Assembly (NCBI GenBank): GCA_028871115.1
Contig: JAGWOD010000003.1
Span: 103 to 64,102, forward strand
Direction of reading: 5' to 3'
DNA length: 64,000 nucleotides
Origin: Patescibacteria group bacterium
Lineage (GTDB): Bacteria; Patescibacteriota; Minisyncoccia; Phycocordibacterales; SBAW01
In this document: piece after piece, positions 1-10,141 of the stretch
Layout of the letters: each line of letters starts with the position of its first letter
Numbering within the stretch: the first letter of the stretch is position 1
Made by a program: the position numbers and the translations under genes
Notes under the pieces: model-generated
The model's database searches: none
What the model was told of the DNA's origin: nothing
The model's input: the letters and a program-made list of their open reading frames with translations, nothing else

Positions 1-242
1 TGCGCGTAGTGGCGACTCGGAGTCCAATACTCAGAGTGGTGAAGTGCAATCGTGATGCCACGTGCCTTCTCTTCAGGAGCATTGTCGATGCCGTCGACTC
101 CCTCAACGCGCGCTCCATAGCCTTGGTCCTTCGCCATGTCGAGCGTGTGGAGAATGCTCGCAGTGAGCGTGGTCTTGCCGTGGTCGACGTGACCAATGGT
201 GCCGACGTTGATGTGCGGCTTTGCCCGTTCAAATGTTGCCAT
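1..242 (-). CDS. tuf: Elongation factor Tu, N-terminal fragment running off the left edge
   Basis: The reverse complement of 1..242 begins ATG (complement of 240-242) and translates to [31 protein letters not shown]...[13 protein letters not shown].... This carries the [10 protein letters not shown]-loop and the EF-Tu N-terminus. It is absent from the ORF track only because it is truncated at the edge; the plus-strand ORF 9..275 is its antisense. Confidence 0.85.
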   Translation of the reverse strand, partial: MATFERAKPHINVGTIGHVDHGKTTLTASILHTLDMAKDQGYGARVEGVDGIDNAPEEKARGITIALHHSEYWTPSRHYA

Positions 243-488
243 ATTAATTTAAAACTAATGCCTACTAATTTATAATTGCCGCCCGTTTCCTACCCGCAGA
301 GAACCGCGTGAAAGAAAAAACCCGCAATGAATGCGTTAGGGAAACTATATATGAGGCTATAAAAAGAAGCAACTCTTTGGACGTGGTACAACATAAAGAT
401 ACACTTGATATGTATCTAATTGAAGGAATAAAAGAAGGCGCGGACATCAGTCCGCGCCATAACTTCTCTCTTGATTGCTAGTTCCTGG

Positions 489-1178
489 CTATTGGAAAAG
501 TTTTGAGATCTTCTCCTCCAACTGCCAAAAGATCTTTCCGCGCCAATTCTCAGTGCCCTGTGGCGCAGTGAACACCCATCGATCTGTCCAGGCGTTCTGG
601 TCGCCGGTGCGGATCAAAACGTCGACGACCAAGACATGCTCCGCGCTTGCCGGAGTGTCACCCTCTTGTTGGAGTGTGAGAACGCCAGCGGCGACTTTGC
701 TGCCGGGCTGAAGCCATGATGCCGTCCGCATCGTCGACCAATCCTGAAGCGAGGTCGGGATGTTGACGTCACTGCCGTAGCCAGCTGCACGGAAGGCCTT
801 AATCTCCGTTGGTGTAGCGAATCCGATATTACTTAGATCCACTTCCAGCAGAGCGGGGCATGAAGCTGTCATCGGATTTTCACCGAACCAACCTCCGAGC
901 ACTTTCGCCTTCCGCCCTTGAGCGGCAAGTGTGTCCTTGAGATCCCCCTGCAGGCCCAGCTTGAGGTCCGTGTTCTTGGTGTAGTTCTTGGTCGTATAGA
1001 TACAGACCTCACCCATATTCTTCAGCGACGCCGAGGGAGTGGCAGTTCCCAGATAGGAAACCTGTTCGCTGGATTGGAGAGTGATATTCGAACTCTTCTC
1101 CAGATTCCAGGTGCCGCAGCCAGACAGCGTAGCCATCGCGAATGCGATGAAACAGAAACGCGCAAAGCGCATGACCAA
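489..1178 (-). CDS. Hypothetical lipoprotein (signal peptide plus lipobox LSGC)
   Basis: N-terminus MVMRFARFCFIAFAMATLSGCGTW is a classic lipoprotein signal ending in a Cys. There is no recognisable catalytic motif. Confidence 0.5.
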   Translation of the reverse strand: MVMRFARFCFIAFAMATLSGCGTWNLEKSSNITLQSSEQVSYLGTATPSASLKNMGEVCIYTTKNYTKNTDLKLGLQGDLKDTLAAQGRKAKVLGGWFGENPMTASCPALLEVDLSNIGFATPTEIKAFRAAGYGSDVNIPTSLQDWSTMRTASWLQPGSKVAAGVLTLQQEGDTPASAEHVLVVDVLIRTGDQNAWTDRWVFTAPQGTENWRGKIFWQLEEKISKLFQ

Positions 1179-1330
1179 CTCTCCTTCTCTAAGTGGCTAG
1201 AGTATCGAATGGCAATGACCGACTGATAAAATTATATCACACTAAATACACAAAAGTCAAGACCCAATATAGCCCAATTTATCAAGCTATATTGAGCCTA
1301 ACTATATTTTAGAAGTGACCACCATAAACA

Positions 1331-2347
1331 CTAAATTTCATTAAATTGCGGATTTATATGGCAGGTGACTGATAGCCGTGAGGAAACGACCTTGCCATTC
1401 ATGCACGAAAGCGTATAGGTGGTAGCTGCTTGGAGGGATGGAGAATTGTAATTTCCACTTGGAATTGATGCGCTCTCAGGAAGGCTCGAATCGTTTCCAT
1501 TACTTGAAAGCGTACAGGAAGTTGCGTTTTGGACAGTCCAACTTACAGTGCATGCACTTCCAGGATTTACTAGCGTAGGTTCTTCAGAAATAGAAATGGT
1601 TGGTGCTATGCAACTTGAATCAGAAGGAGAAACAGCGGGACATGAGCCATTGCATTCATAAGTTGCCTGGTTCGTCATACCACATGAGTTTGGAGTAGAT
1701 GAACAAGCGCTTCCACTTACAGAGTTGCAACTACCTCCTGAAACTGTTGACCCCTGGCATTGGCCATTGCTTGTACATGAGGTATTGCTGGGACACAAAA
1801 GTTCAGCATGGCCGGCAGATGCGCAACTTATATAACCTTGCGGTATACACTCCTTAGTATCTGGATCAAGATTATAACCAGTAGGACAGGTATAGGTGGA
1901 GCCCGCTTGACCCTGTCGCGTTAATGTATTTGCTTGTATGGCCGCTTGAGTGTTAGCTGGAGGAGCACTATTGTTGTTGCTACCCCCACCACAACCCGAA
2001 TAGGGATAAACGTCCGATCCTGAAAGACATGTGGACGCTGTTCCTAGTGATAAAAGCGTATCAGCAACGCCAAAATCTTCAACTAGAGAAAATCCTACTG
2101 CGCCATCTATGCTACTTGTGATGCTGGCAATTGTCCCTGCTACTGATGCATACGTGTCTGCCATTCCTACCGCAGCTGCAACCGGAGCTAAGGCCCCCAA
2201 GGAAATAGCCACTGCCGCTATCGTGGTAATAATAGAAAAAATGGGACTTCCAAAAATCCCTCCCTTAGCTTCGGCAATTTGTAAGGGTACAAGTGCTTCA
2301 GTTAGCCAGAGGAGAAAAAACCAGAAGGATCTTTTTATTTTTTTCAT
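1331..2347 (-). CDS. Secreted cysteine-rich, Ser/Thr/Gly-rich protein of unknown function
   Basis: Hydrophobic N-terminal signal/anchor, then a domain with more than 25 Cys in repeated C-x(n)-C spacing and low-complexity S/T/G/N composition. Probably a surface or adhesin-like protein. Confidence 0.5.
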   Translation of the reverse strand: MKKIKRSFWFFLLWLTEALVPLQIAEAKGGIFGSPIFSIITTIAAVAISLGALAPVAAAVGMADTYASVAGTIASITSSIDGAVGFSLVEDFGVADTLLSLGTASTCLSGSDVYPYSGCGGGSNNNSAPPANTQAAIQANTLTRQGQAGSTYTCPTGYNLDPDTKECIPQGYISCASAGHAELLCPSNTSCTSNGQCQGSTVSGGSCNSVSGSACSSTPNSCGMTNQATYECNGSCPAVSPSDSSCIAPTISISEEPTLVNPGSACTVSWTVQNATSCTLSSNGNDSSLPESASIPSGNYNSPSLQAATTYTLSCMNGKVVSSRLSVTCHINPQFNEI

Positions 2348-2379
2348 GTCACTCGCGGCCTGTTTTCAAATTCTCTGAG

Positions 2380-2670
2380 TCAGAAAAAATAGGGTATGTG
2401 CGCACCTCGCAAAGCTGCGAGGTGTAAAACATATGCAGAAATTGCCCCGAGCACAATGGCCCACGCTAAAAGAAAAGTGCCTTCGCGTCGAGTCTCTCGA
2501 TTAAATATAAAGAAAAGAGAGTAGACGACTGTGGCAAGGGGCGACGCAAAAAACGAGAAGACAATGCCAGCAATGAAAATTTTCTTTGAAGAAACTTTCG
2601 CGCTTCCAAAACGAGAAGAAGTCTGGGATGGGGGCATAAAATTTAGAAAGGAATAAAGAGCTATTTTCAA
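2380..2670 (-). CDS. Small hypothetical membrane protein
   Basis: 96 aa with two hydrophobic helices and no internal conflict with neighbours. Weak support. Confidence 0.25.
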   Translation of the reverse strand: MKIALYSFLNFMPPSQTSSRFGSAKVSSKKIFIAGIVFSFFASPLATVVYSLFFIFNRETRREGTFLLAWAIVLGAISAYVLHLAALRGAHIPYFF

Positions 2671-2712
2671 TGGTAACCTGCTCTATTTTAAAGGAAACTT
2701 TGTTATCAACAG

Positions 2713-4221
2713 TTATTTATAGGTGTATTCCGACCAAGAAGAACTGCGAGGAATCCCCTGAGGGGAATAAAAGACCTTGCCGTTTGGCCATACGAGTCCT
2801 GGGTTTTCGCCTGCGCCAGAAACTACAATGGGCAAACTGGTATATATAGATTCAAGCTCTCGTATGTGCATCTCGAACGTCAGATATATGGAGCGACCTT
2901 GTGGCAACCACACATTACTGCCGTCGTAAATGATAAGGTGAACTCCCTGTGATCGCCATTGGGAATATAAATAGGGGAAATGCCCTTCGAGACATATTAG
3001 TACGCCAGCAGATACTCCGTTTATCGAAAGCGGAGGTTGCACCATAGCACCATTGCTAAAGGGGCCCGTTGGATTATCTGCGATGAACGCTTCTTGTTGT
3101 GTCGCCTTTGGCAGAAGCCCGAGCTCCCAATGCCAATAAAATGGAAGCCAGTGACCGAACGGCCAGTATTCGCTCACAATAGTAAGAAGCCGCTTGTTAT
3201 AGATACCCGTGAAGTTCCCGTTTTTATCTATCTCAATAGTTGAGATGTATTTTTTTCCATTAGTTTGGAAAGTAACGAGGGTAGCGAGAATAGAAACATG
3301 ATGGACAAGCGCAAATGCAGAGTATTCCTCAAGAAGCGGTCCTGAATTTGTGACTCCGATCTGCTCCTGCGCTTTCGCGAAGGGTACGCCAGGCAGACGC
3401 ACGTCTATCATTTCTTCAGGAAACACGACAACATCCGGATGCTCCCGATCGACTGCCTCCCCTATCGGAGCAAGAAGCGCTTGGATGACCGTTTCAAGTT
3501 GCGCCCGACCCTCAGGAGTCTCTACGGTTGTCGGGATATCGAGTTTCGTAGCAGAAATGGCAAAACTGTCGCCGGTCGCGATTGTCATAACTCGAAGCGG
3601 CAAGGAAGTGGTTTTTGGAGCAAGAACTTGCACAGAGAGACCGAGAACAAGAAGGATACAGAGTGCGCTCAATGCCTGAAGGGTGGCAAGACGCTTTCCT
3701 TCAAGATCGCTCAAAACCACATCGGCAAGAGCACCATTGAGGAGCGCCACAAAGAGTGTCGTGGAGAAGAGGCCTCCGAAAAGAGCGGTGAACTGGAAGG
3801 GAGTGCCCGCGAGAGGAATGCCTGACATGATGAGGTACGCAGGTAGAAAGGAGAAGTTTCCTGCGAAGTACTCTCCCGCCGTAAGCGCGAGTGCAAGAAG
3901 CGCGAAGAACCAGGGGCGGCTTCTTACAAACCGTTTACAGAAAAGAAGGCAGAGACCGAAGATAATAAGCCAGAGGAGCGCGCCGGTTGAAAGCAGAATC
4001 GGATCAAAGATAAAGATGATGGCGAGCGTGGCGTAGATAATGCAATAGATATAGGCACCAAGGAGCAGCCGCCACCATTTCTTCTCTTCCCAGAGAAATA
4101 TGAAAAGAGGAACAATCGATATAAATGCGAGAGGCCAGAATGAAATCGGAGGAAACGCCAAATAATGAAGAACCCCTCCGGCCGCAGGAAGCCAGAAGGA
4201 GTTTTTGGCGAATTTACGCAT
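2713..4221 (-). CDS. lnt: Apolipoprotein N-acyltransferase-like protein (polytopic N-terminal domain plus C-terminal CN-hydrolase domain)
   Basis: N-terminal multi-TM region (LAFPPISFWPLAFISIVPLF...) followed by a nitrilase/CN-hydrolase-like domain with the conserved ICLEGHFPYL cysteine segment. I trimmed the start to the internal Met (MRKFAKNSFW) so it does not overlap fusA. Confidence 0.65.
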   Translation of the reverse strand: MRKFAKNSFWLPAAGGVLHYLAFPPISFWPLAFISIVPLFIFLWEEKKWWRLLLGAYIYCIIYATLAIIFIFDPILLSTGALLWLIIFGLCLLFCKRFVRSRPWFFALLALALTAGEYFAGNFSFLPAYLIMSGIPLAGTPFQFTALFGGLFSTTLFVALLNGALADVVLSDLEGKRLATLQALSALCILLVLGLSVQVLAPKTTSLPLRVMTIATGDSFAISATKLDIPTTVETPEGRAQLETVIQALLAPIGEAVDREHPDVVVFPEEMIDVRLPGVPFAKAQEQIGVTNSGPLLEEYSAFALVHHVSILATLVTFQTNGKKYISTIEIDKNGNFTGIYNKRLLTIVSEYWPFGHWLPFYWHWELGLLPKATQQEAFIADNPTGPFSNGAMVQPPLSINGVSAGVLICLEGHFPYLYSQWRSQGVHLIIYDGSNVWLPQGRSIYLTFEMHIRELESIYTSLPIVVSGAGENPGLVWPNGKVFYSPQGIPRSSSWSEYTYK

Positions 4222-4267
4222 GAGCCCAGTATACGGCAGCAAACTCAGCGCCTGAGGCAGGGAGTTT

Positions 4268-6421
4268 TTATTTTCGTGCAGCGATAATCGTCTGTGCGAC
4301 GTTTGGAGGAACGACCTCGTAATGATCAAACTCCATGGTAAAGGATGCGCGTCCTTCGGTCATTGATCGCAGCTGAGTCGTATAGCCGAACATCTCGGAG
4401 AGTGGCACCTTTGCGCGAATAGCGCGCGCGAGGCCTCTCTCCTCCATTCCTTCGATCTGCCCGCGCTTGGAGTTAAGGGATCCCGTGATGTCACCCATGA
4501 ATTTCTCCGGTGTGACAACCTCAACTTTCATGATGGGCTCAAGAAGCACTGGCTTAGCAGCTTTTGCAGCATCCTGGAACGCCATCGAAGCCGCTATCTT
4601 GAAGGCAATCTCAGAGGAGTCGACGTCGTGGTAAGAACCGTCGTAGAGCTCACAAGAGATGTCGACCATCTTGTAGCCCGCGACAATGCCGCGCTCCATT
4701 GCTTCGCGCACCCCTTTCTCGACTGGGGCGATGAATTCCTGGGGCACTACGCCGCCCTTGATGCTATCGATAAATTCAAAATGGTCCTCGCGAGTAACAT
4801 TCTTGGCGATCTTTTTTCCCTCGACGAGAGGTTGGAGCGGCTTCAGGCGCAGGCGTACGTGTCCATACTGACCACGACCGCCGGTCTGCTTGATATATTT
4901 GCCTTCAGCTTCCGCTTCTTTCTGTATGGTCTCGCGATAGGCGACCTGCGGCTTGCCGACATTTGCTTCGACAGTAAATTCGCGCTTCATGCGGTCGACG
5001 ATGATTTCGAGGTGGAGTTCACCCATGCCTGAAATGAGCGTTTCCGCAGTCTCGGCATCGGTCGTTACTTTAAAGGTTGGATCTTCATCAGAGAGTTTCT
5101 TGAGCGCCATGCCCATTTTCTCCTGGTCGGCCTTGGTTTTGGGTTCGATACGCAGGGAGATGACCGGCTCCGGGAATTTTATTTGCTCAAGCACAATGGG
5201 ATTTGCATCATCGCAGAGCGTATGGGAGGTCTTCGTGTCCTTAAGACCGACCGCTGCGGCAATTTCACCCGCATAAACTTTTTTCACCTCTTCGCGCTGG
5301 TCGGCTTGGAGACGAACAATGCGGCCGAGACGCTCTTTGGTGCCGGTGGTTGCATTGTAGAGATAAGAACCTGACTCGATGGTTCCGGAATAGACGCGGA
5401 AGAAGGTCAGCTGTCCTACGAATGGGTCGGCTTGAAGTTTAAAAGCGAGCGCGCAGAAGGGCTCCGCGTCGGAGGCATGGCGTATGACCTCCTCTCCTGT
5501 CTTGGGATTAATGCCTTTCACAGGCGGAAGTTCAAGTGGCGAAGGGAGATAGTCGACGACAGCGTCGAGCACGAGCTGCACGCCTTTGTTCTTGAGCGAA
5601 GAGCCCGTGTAGACCGGAAATATCTTGTTGGCGATGATCGCTTTGCGCAGAGTAGCTTTGAGTTCCGCAAGCGAAGGCTCCTTTCCATCAAGATAGCTTG
5701 TCATGAGCACGTCGTCGTGCTCGACAATCTTCTCAATGAGCTGCGCGCGGTACATGGCGGCATCGCTCTTGTGGCTTTCTGGGATCTCCATTTCGACGAC
5801 ATCCTTACCCATCTCGCCCTCGAATTTGTAGGCCTTCATCTTGAGAAGATCAATGACACCCGAAAAATTCTCCTCCGAACCAATCGGGAGCTGCATGCGC
5901 ACGGCGTTCTTGTTGAGACGGTCGAGAATACTCTGGAATGATTTATCGAACGAGGCACCCATGCGGTCGAGCTTGTTAATGAAGCAGATGCGGGGAACAC
6001 TCGCCTCGTCGGCGTAGCGCCAGTTAGTCTCCGACTGCGGCTCCACGCCCGCTACACCGTCGAATACGACGATCGCGCCGTCGAGGACTCGCATAGAGCG
6101 CTTCACCTCTACCGTGAAATCAATATGGCCCGGCGTGTCGATGATATTGAAGCGGTATTTATTCTCCTTCTTATTCTCCGTATCAGTCTTGTTCCAGAAA
6201 CAGGTGATGGCTGCCGCGGTGATGGTGATGCCACGCTCTCTCTCCTGCTCCATCCAGTCGGTCGTCGTCTCGCCTTCATGGACCTCCCCTATCTTGTGCT
6301 GGGATCCGGTATAGAAAAGGATGCGCTCCGACGTTGTCGTCTTTCCCGCATCGATATGCGCAATTATTCCGAAGTTTCGGACCCGTTCAAGTGGATAGTC
6401 TCTTCCTGGCATAAATAACAA
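4268..6421 (-). CDS. fusA: Elongation factor G
   Basis: [20 protein letters not shown]-domain P-loop, DTPGHIDFT, and full-length EF-G domain organisation. Lies immediately downstream of rpsG. The true start is probably the Met 3 codons in ([16 protein letters not shown]). Confidence 0.95.
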   Translation of the reverse strand: MLFMPGRDYPLERVRNFGIIAHIDAGKTTTSERILFYTGSQHKIGEVHEGETTTDWMEQERERGITITAAAITCFWNKTDTENKKENKYRFNIIDTPGHIDFTVEVKRSMRVLDGAIVVFDGVAGVEPQSETNWRYADEASVPRICFINKLDRMGASFDKSFQSILDRLNKNAVRMQLPIGSEENFSGVIDLLKMKAYKFEGEMGKDVVEMEIPESHKSDAAMYRAQLIEKIVEHDDVLMTSYLDGKEPSLAELKATLRKAIIANKIFPVYTGSSLKNKGVQLVLDAVVDYLPSPLELPPVKGINPKTGEEVIRHASDAEPFCALAFKLQADPFVGQLTFFRVYSGTIESGSYLYNATTGTKERLGRIVRLQADQREEVKKVYAGEIAAAVGLKDTKTSHTLCDDANPIVLEQIKFPEPVISLRIEPKTKADQEKMGMALKKLSDEDPTFKVTTDAETAETLISGMGELHLEIIVDRMKREFTVEANVGKPQVAYRETIQKEAEAEGKYIKQTGGRGQYGHVRLRLKPLQPLVEGKKIAKNVTREDHFEFIDSIKGGVVPQEFIAPVEKGVREAMERGIVAGYKMVDISCELYDGSYHDVDSSEIAFKIAASMAFQDAAKAAKPVLLEPIMKVEVVTPEKFMGDITGSLNSKRGQIEGMEERGLARAIRAKVPLSEMFGYTTQLRSMTEGRASFTMEFDHYEVVPPNVAQTIIAARK

Positions 6422-6448
6422 AGTAGATAAACCGAATCAAAACACACA

Positions 6449-6916
6449 TTACCAAGCGAAGTGGGCAAACGCCTTGTTTGCTTCCGCCATCTTGTGCGTG
6501 TCCTCACGCTTTTTCACCGCTGAGCCTTGATTGTTGGATGCGGCAATGAGCTCCTCAGCAAGACGCTTATGCATGGGCATGCCTTTGCGTGCACGAGCAG
6601 CATCAATCATCCAACGATACGCGAGAGACTGACGCCGTTCCGGACGCACCTCACGGGGCACTTGGTAGTTAGCGCCACCCACTCGACGTGAGCGAATTTC
6701 CATATTGGGAGAAACATTGCGAAGCGCCGCCTCGAACACTTCGAGCGGTTCCTGCTTTGTTTTTTCTTTCACCTCCTCGAGGGCCGCGTAGACTACTTTG
6801 CGTGCGGTATCTTTTTGCCCCCACTGCATGATGTAATTGATAAACTTCTCGAGCTTGACCGAGTTGTACTTGAGATCCGGTTCGACAATATGTTTGCGTT
6901 TGATGGGTCGGCGCAT
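6449..6916 (-). CDS. rpsG: 30S ribosomal protein S7
   Basis: 155 aa, downstream of rpsL in the canonical str-operon order. The translation ([11 protein letters not shown]...[10 protein letters not shown]) reads as ribosomal protein S7. Confidence 0.95.
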   Translation of the reverse strand: MRRPIKRKHIVEPDLKYNSVKLEKFINYIMQWGQKDTARKVVYAALEEVKEKTKQEPLEVFEAALRNVSPNMEIRSRRVGGANYQVPREVRPERRQSLAYRWMIDAARARKGMPMHKRLAEELIAASNNQGSAVKKREDTHKMAEANKAFAHFAW

Positions 6917-6922
6917 ACGAAA

Positions 6923-7330
6923 TTATTTAGACTGCTTCACACCATAGCGGGAACGCGATACTTTGCGTTTTTCAACGCCCGTAGCATCGAGTTTGCCGCG
7001 CACGATCTGATAGCGAACATTGATGTCTTTCACGCGACCCGCACGCACGAGTACCACAGAGTGCTCCTGGAGATTATGCCCTTCCCCGGGAATGTAGGCG
7101 ATAACTTCCTGCCCGTTCGTAAGGCGCACGCGGGCAATTTTGCGGATAGCTGAGTTCGGTTTGCGAGGAGTGGTGGTAGTTACTTTGATGCATACGCCTC
7201 GTTTGAAAGGCGAAGGATAGAGGACGGGTCGGTTCTCCAAATAGTTAAAACCGCGCTCCAGTGCTGGCGCTTTTGATTTATAGGTCCGCTGTTTGCGACC
7301 CTTGCGAACGAGTTGCGAGATACGTGCCAT
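6923..7330 (-). CDS. rpsL: 30S ribosomal protein S12
   Basis: [13 protein letters not shown]... with the conserved PNSA(I/L)RK segment. Confidence 0.95.
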   Translation of the reverse strand: MARISQLVRKGRKQRTYKSKAPALERGFNYLENRPVLYPSPFKRGVCIKVTTTTPRKPNSAIRKIARVRLTNGQEVIAYIPGEGHNLQEHSVVLVRAGRVKDINVRYQIVRGKLDATGVEKRKVSRSRYGVKQSK

Positions 7331-7407
7331 GGGTACAAATGAAAAACGCGCGAACGCGTCGGCCTCACTCTACTACAGGCTCACCCTCCCCGCAACCATT
7401 CTGGTAC

Positions 7408-7443
7408 ATAAAACAAAACCGACCATCCGTTCTAGATGGTCGG
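7408..7443 (-). terminator. Rho-independent terminator downstream of the 7453..7755 gene
   Basis: Perfect 9 bp stem CCGACCATC/GATGGTCGG (7419..7443) followed on the minus strand by TTTTGTTTTAT. Confidence 0.55.
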
Positions 7444-7452
7444 TTCGGGTCT

Positions 7453-7755
7453 TCAGGAAACGATTTCGGCTTTCTGCCCTGAGATAACAAAGTCAATGCC
7501 GATGAATGTCTTGTCGGGAAGACGCAGGAGTGGATGATTGCCTATGCGGCAGAATTCAACCAAACCATGCGGAGCAGTGCGTCCCGACCCATCCCACCAG
7601 CGATAACGCAGCGGTTCTTTGAGCTTTAGAAATACGCTGCCCACGCCTTGAGCGAATTTTCCACCCTCCATGAGGTGGATACACTCGCCGACGAGACGGA
7701 ATTCGACTTCCCTCGGTCGTTGAAGACCTACGGGAAGGGGTGCAGTGGCATACAT
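7453..7755 (-). CDS. Hypothetical protein
   Basis: 100 aa ORF with its own downstream terminator. No motif I can name with confidence. Confidence 0.4.
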   Translation of the reverse strand: MYATAPLPVGLQRPREVEFRLVGECIHLMEGGKFAQGVGSVFLKLKEPLRYRWWDGSGRTAPHGLVEFCRIGNHPLLRLPDKTFIGIDFVISGQKAEIVS

Positions 7756-7860
7756 GGGAAACTACCTTGTGAAAGTTGCGGGAGTTGCCTTCAATCTTTT
7801 CCTTGTATTCTTTTTGTCCTCCTAAAAGGAGGATACCACGAATTTTAAAATATGCAAGTC

Positions 7861-8505
7861 CTACAATCCTGTGAGAATATTTATTACATATCCAAGCACT
7901 GAGTAGAAGTAGGGAGCAAAGAGATAGAAGACAAGAAGAATTATGAGCGTGCAGGTAAGTACGCCGAGGCGTTCGAAAGCATGACGGAAACGCTCATATC
8001 CACGCCCAAGAGCTCCCGGAAGAATACCCGCAAGCACCCGTGAGCCATCCATCGGGGGTATAGGAATAAGATTGAAAAGTGCCAAAAGCATATTAAGGAG
8101 CGCTATGGTTGCAAACGCCCCTGCAAGCGGTGGAATCTGCACAGCACCTGCGGGAATAAGTGCCCGGACAGCAAGCCCGAAAATGAGAGCAATGAGAATA
8201 TTAGCGCCCGGTCCCGCAAAAGCAGTGAGTGCTTCGGCATATTTTCCTTGCAGGTTATAGAGGTTGATAGGTACTGGCTTAGCATAGCCAATGAGAATAG
8301 GGGTTGGAGAAAATCCCTGCGCCATCCACATAAGAAAAGGGAGCATAACGCTGCCTACCGGATCTATGTGCGGAAGTGGGTTAAGGGTGAGACGTCCAGC
8401 AAGCTTTGCGGTCGGATCCCCGAGAGCTTTCGCCACGTAACCATGTGCAATCTCATGGAGGATGACGGAGAAGATGAGAACAAGAAAATAAAATATGAAA
8501 TACAT
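7861..8505 (-). CDS. Site-2 protease / M50-like family membrane zinc metalloprotease
   Basis: Polytopic membrane protein with the HEIAHG (HExxH) zinc motif in the first TM helix and a later PMDGSRV segment, typical of the SpoIVFB/M50-like family. Confidence 0.65.
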   Translation of the reverse strand: MYFIFYFLVLIFSVILHEIAHGYVAKALGDPTAKLAGRLTLNPLPHIDPVGSVMLPFLMWMAQGFSPTPILIGYAKPVPINLYNLQGKYAEALTAFAGPGANILIALIFGLAVRALIPAGAVQIPPLAGAFATIALLNMLLALFNLIPIPPMDGSRVLAGILPGALGRGYERFRHAFERLGVLTCTLIILLVFYLFAPYFYSVLGYVINILTGL

Positions 8506-8541
8506 TGCCTATTTTGAAAATCATGATACCATATCTCGGCT

Positions 8542-8784
8542 ATGGCGAAGATTTGTCCCGTCACCAAGAAAGGATCCCGCGTCGGCGGTGGGTACAGCAA
8601 CCGCGTGCGCGCAACGAAATTCAATCCGACCGGTTCTGTCCGCCGGCAGCCTAACATGCAGAAAAAGCGCCTCTTTGTGCCTGAACTTAATCGCACCCTC
8701 ACCCTTACACTCTCAACAAAAGCAATCCGCACAATCAATAAGAATGGCGCATACAAGACGCTCAAGGAGGCAGGAGTAATATAA
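8542..8784 (+). CDS. rpmB: 50S ribosomal protein L28
   Basis: 80 aa basic protein MAKICPVTKKGSRVGGGYSNRVRATKFNPTG.. matching the L28 N-terminal consensus (C-x-VTGK ... N-SHA-N-T-R). Confidence 0.85.
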   Translation: MAKICPVTKKGSRVGGGYSNRVRATKFNPTGSVRRQPNMQKKRLFVPELNRTLTLTLSTKAIRTINKNGAYKTLKEAGVI

Positions 8785-8800
8785 ATTGAGGAAAAATAAT

Positions 8801-8837
8801 AAAAAACGGCGCACCAATGGATGCGCCGTTTTGTGTT
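8801..8837. terminator. Bidirectional rho-independent terminator between rpmB (+) and the MaoC-like gene (-)
   Basis: Stem CGGCGCA/TGCGCCG (8807..8828) flanked by AAAAAA upstream and TTTTGTGTT downstream. Confidence 0.6.
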
Positions 8838-8856
8838 AAACCCACCCTGAGATGGG

Positions 8857-9366
8857 TCAGAACATGCACAGGAGATGCTTAGAGCCGGTCACCGCGATCT
8901 CCTCGAGCGCGGCATCCAAAATCCGATAGTCGTATTTGAGGAGAACGCCGCGAGCATTTTCGGATGGCTGGAGAATTTTGACTTGCGCCTTAATGCTCCC
9001 GCCAATGGGAATCGTCCGCACGAATCTGAAGGGTCCGCCGCCGAGGTAGATGAGCCGTATGTTGGCCTCAAAAAAAGACCGAAATAGCGGCCGGAGAAGA
9101 TCCGGAAGCATGGAGATAAGATGGTCGCCATGTGCAATCCTGCCAGAAAGAGTCGGCAGAAATTCTCGAGCTGCTTCGTCACTGAGATGCACGGGATTGT
9201 CATCCCCGCTTGCCTCAACATGCGCTCTGCTGCGCCCGTCGGTAACGCAATACGTTTCGTAGTAAGGACCCCAGGCATTGAGAATCACGAGGTCTTGGAT
9301 GATTTGAGGAAGCAACCCTATTTTGGAGTTGGGTTGCGGAAGTGTTTCAGTACTCAACGCTGACAT
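8857..9366 (-). CDS. MaoC-like (R)-hydratase / hotdog-fold protein
   Basis: GDDNPVHLSDEAAREF...SGRIAHGDHL matches the MaoC dehydratase motif (D-x-N-P-I-H-x-D ... R-I-A-H-G). Confidence 0.65.
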   Translation of the reverse strand: MSALSTETLPQPNSKIGLLPQIIQDLVILNAWGPYYETYCVTDGRSRAHVEASGDDNPVHLSDEAAREFLPTLSGRIAHGDHLISMLPDLLRPLFRSFFEANIRLIYLGGGPFRFVRTIPIGGSIKAQVKILQPSENARGVLLKYDYRILDAALEEIAVTGSKHLLCMF

Positions 9367-9546
9367 GGGTTCCCCCGTTCTACATGAAAGGTCGACTGGG
9401 AGAAAATAATGCCAAAAAATACAAAAAAGTCAAGAACCCCTTGAATAAGGGAGGGTATATCCACCTACCATTCATATAATAAATACTATTTCGGTTGTAT
9501 TATTTCGATTACAGATTACTCGCTATTCCTCTTATATAGATTTCAT

Positions 9547-10134
9547 ATGCAGTATTCAGAGACAAAGTTCGATCTTCCCTCGCTTGAGGGTCTCTCAAAA
9601 GAATCTGTTGATGCCCATCTCGGGCTCTATAGTGGATATGTAAAAAATTTCAACCAACTCGCAGAGGTGCGTGGCGAACTCATGAGAGATCCTGAGAAGA
9701 ATGCCCACGCTATTGCAGAAATAACGCGTCGCATTTCTTTCGAATTCGACGGCATGCGCTTGCATGAGTACTACTTCTCGCAGTGGGAGAAGGGAGTAAA
9801 AACACTCTCACAAAAAAGCGACTTCGCCGCAGCTCTTGCCAAACAATTCGGTAGTATTTCAGACTGGGAAAAGCAATTTCGCAGTGTGGCCTCCATGCGC
9901 GGGCCCGGATGGGCGATCCTGTATTTTGATCCCCGTGGTAACTTCTTCCACAATGCATGGATCGAGCAGCATCATCAGGGACATTTCGCTACACTTCCCG
10001 TCATTGTGGCACTTGATGTCTGGGAGCATGCCTTCGTAAAGGATTACGGGGTAGCGGGGCGGGGTAAATACATCGAAGCGTGCTTCAAAAACTATAACTG
10101 GAGTGTAATGGAGGAGCGTTTTTCGAGCCTCTAA
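9547..10134 (+). CDS. sodA: Fe/Mn superoxide dismutase
   Basis: C-terminal LDVWEHAFVKDYG signature (DVWEHAYY family) and metal-ligand histidines in the N-terminal helical domain. Confidence 0.9.
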   Translation: MQYSETKFDLPSLEGLSKESVDAHLGLYSGYVKNFNQLAEVRGELMRDPEKNAHAIAEITRRISFEFDGMRLHEYYFSQWEKGVKTLSQKSDFAAALAKQFGSISDWEKQFRSVASMRGPGWAILYFDPRGNFFHNAWIEQHHQGHFATLPVIVALDVWEHAFVKDYGVAGRGKYIEACFKNYNWSVMEERFSSL

Positions 10135-10141
10135 ATAGGAT

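Noticed and set aside
9-275. 88 aa plus-strand ORF at the left edge
   Set aside because: It is the antisense frame of the EF-Tu N-terminus encoded on the minus strand (1..242). There is no independent support.
4628-6418. Multiple 60-170 aa plus-strand ORFs across fusA
   Set aside because: They are antisense or alternative frames of EF-G.
7824-7845. Hairpin TCCTCC-TAAAA-GGAGGA downstream of the M50 protease gene as a terminator
   Set aside because: The flanking T/A tracts are on the wrong side for either strand: T-run upstream on plus, A-run downstream on minus. It is probably just a stable hairpin or an SD-like element, not an intrinsic terminator.
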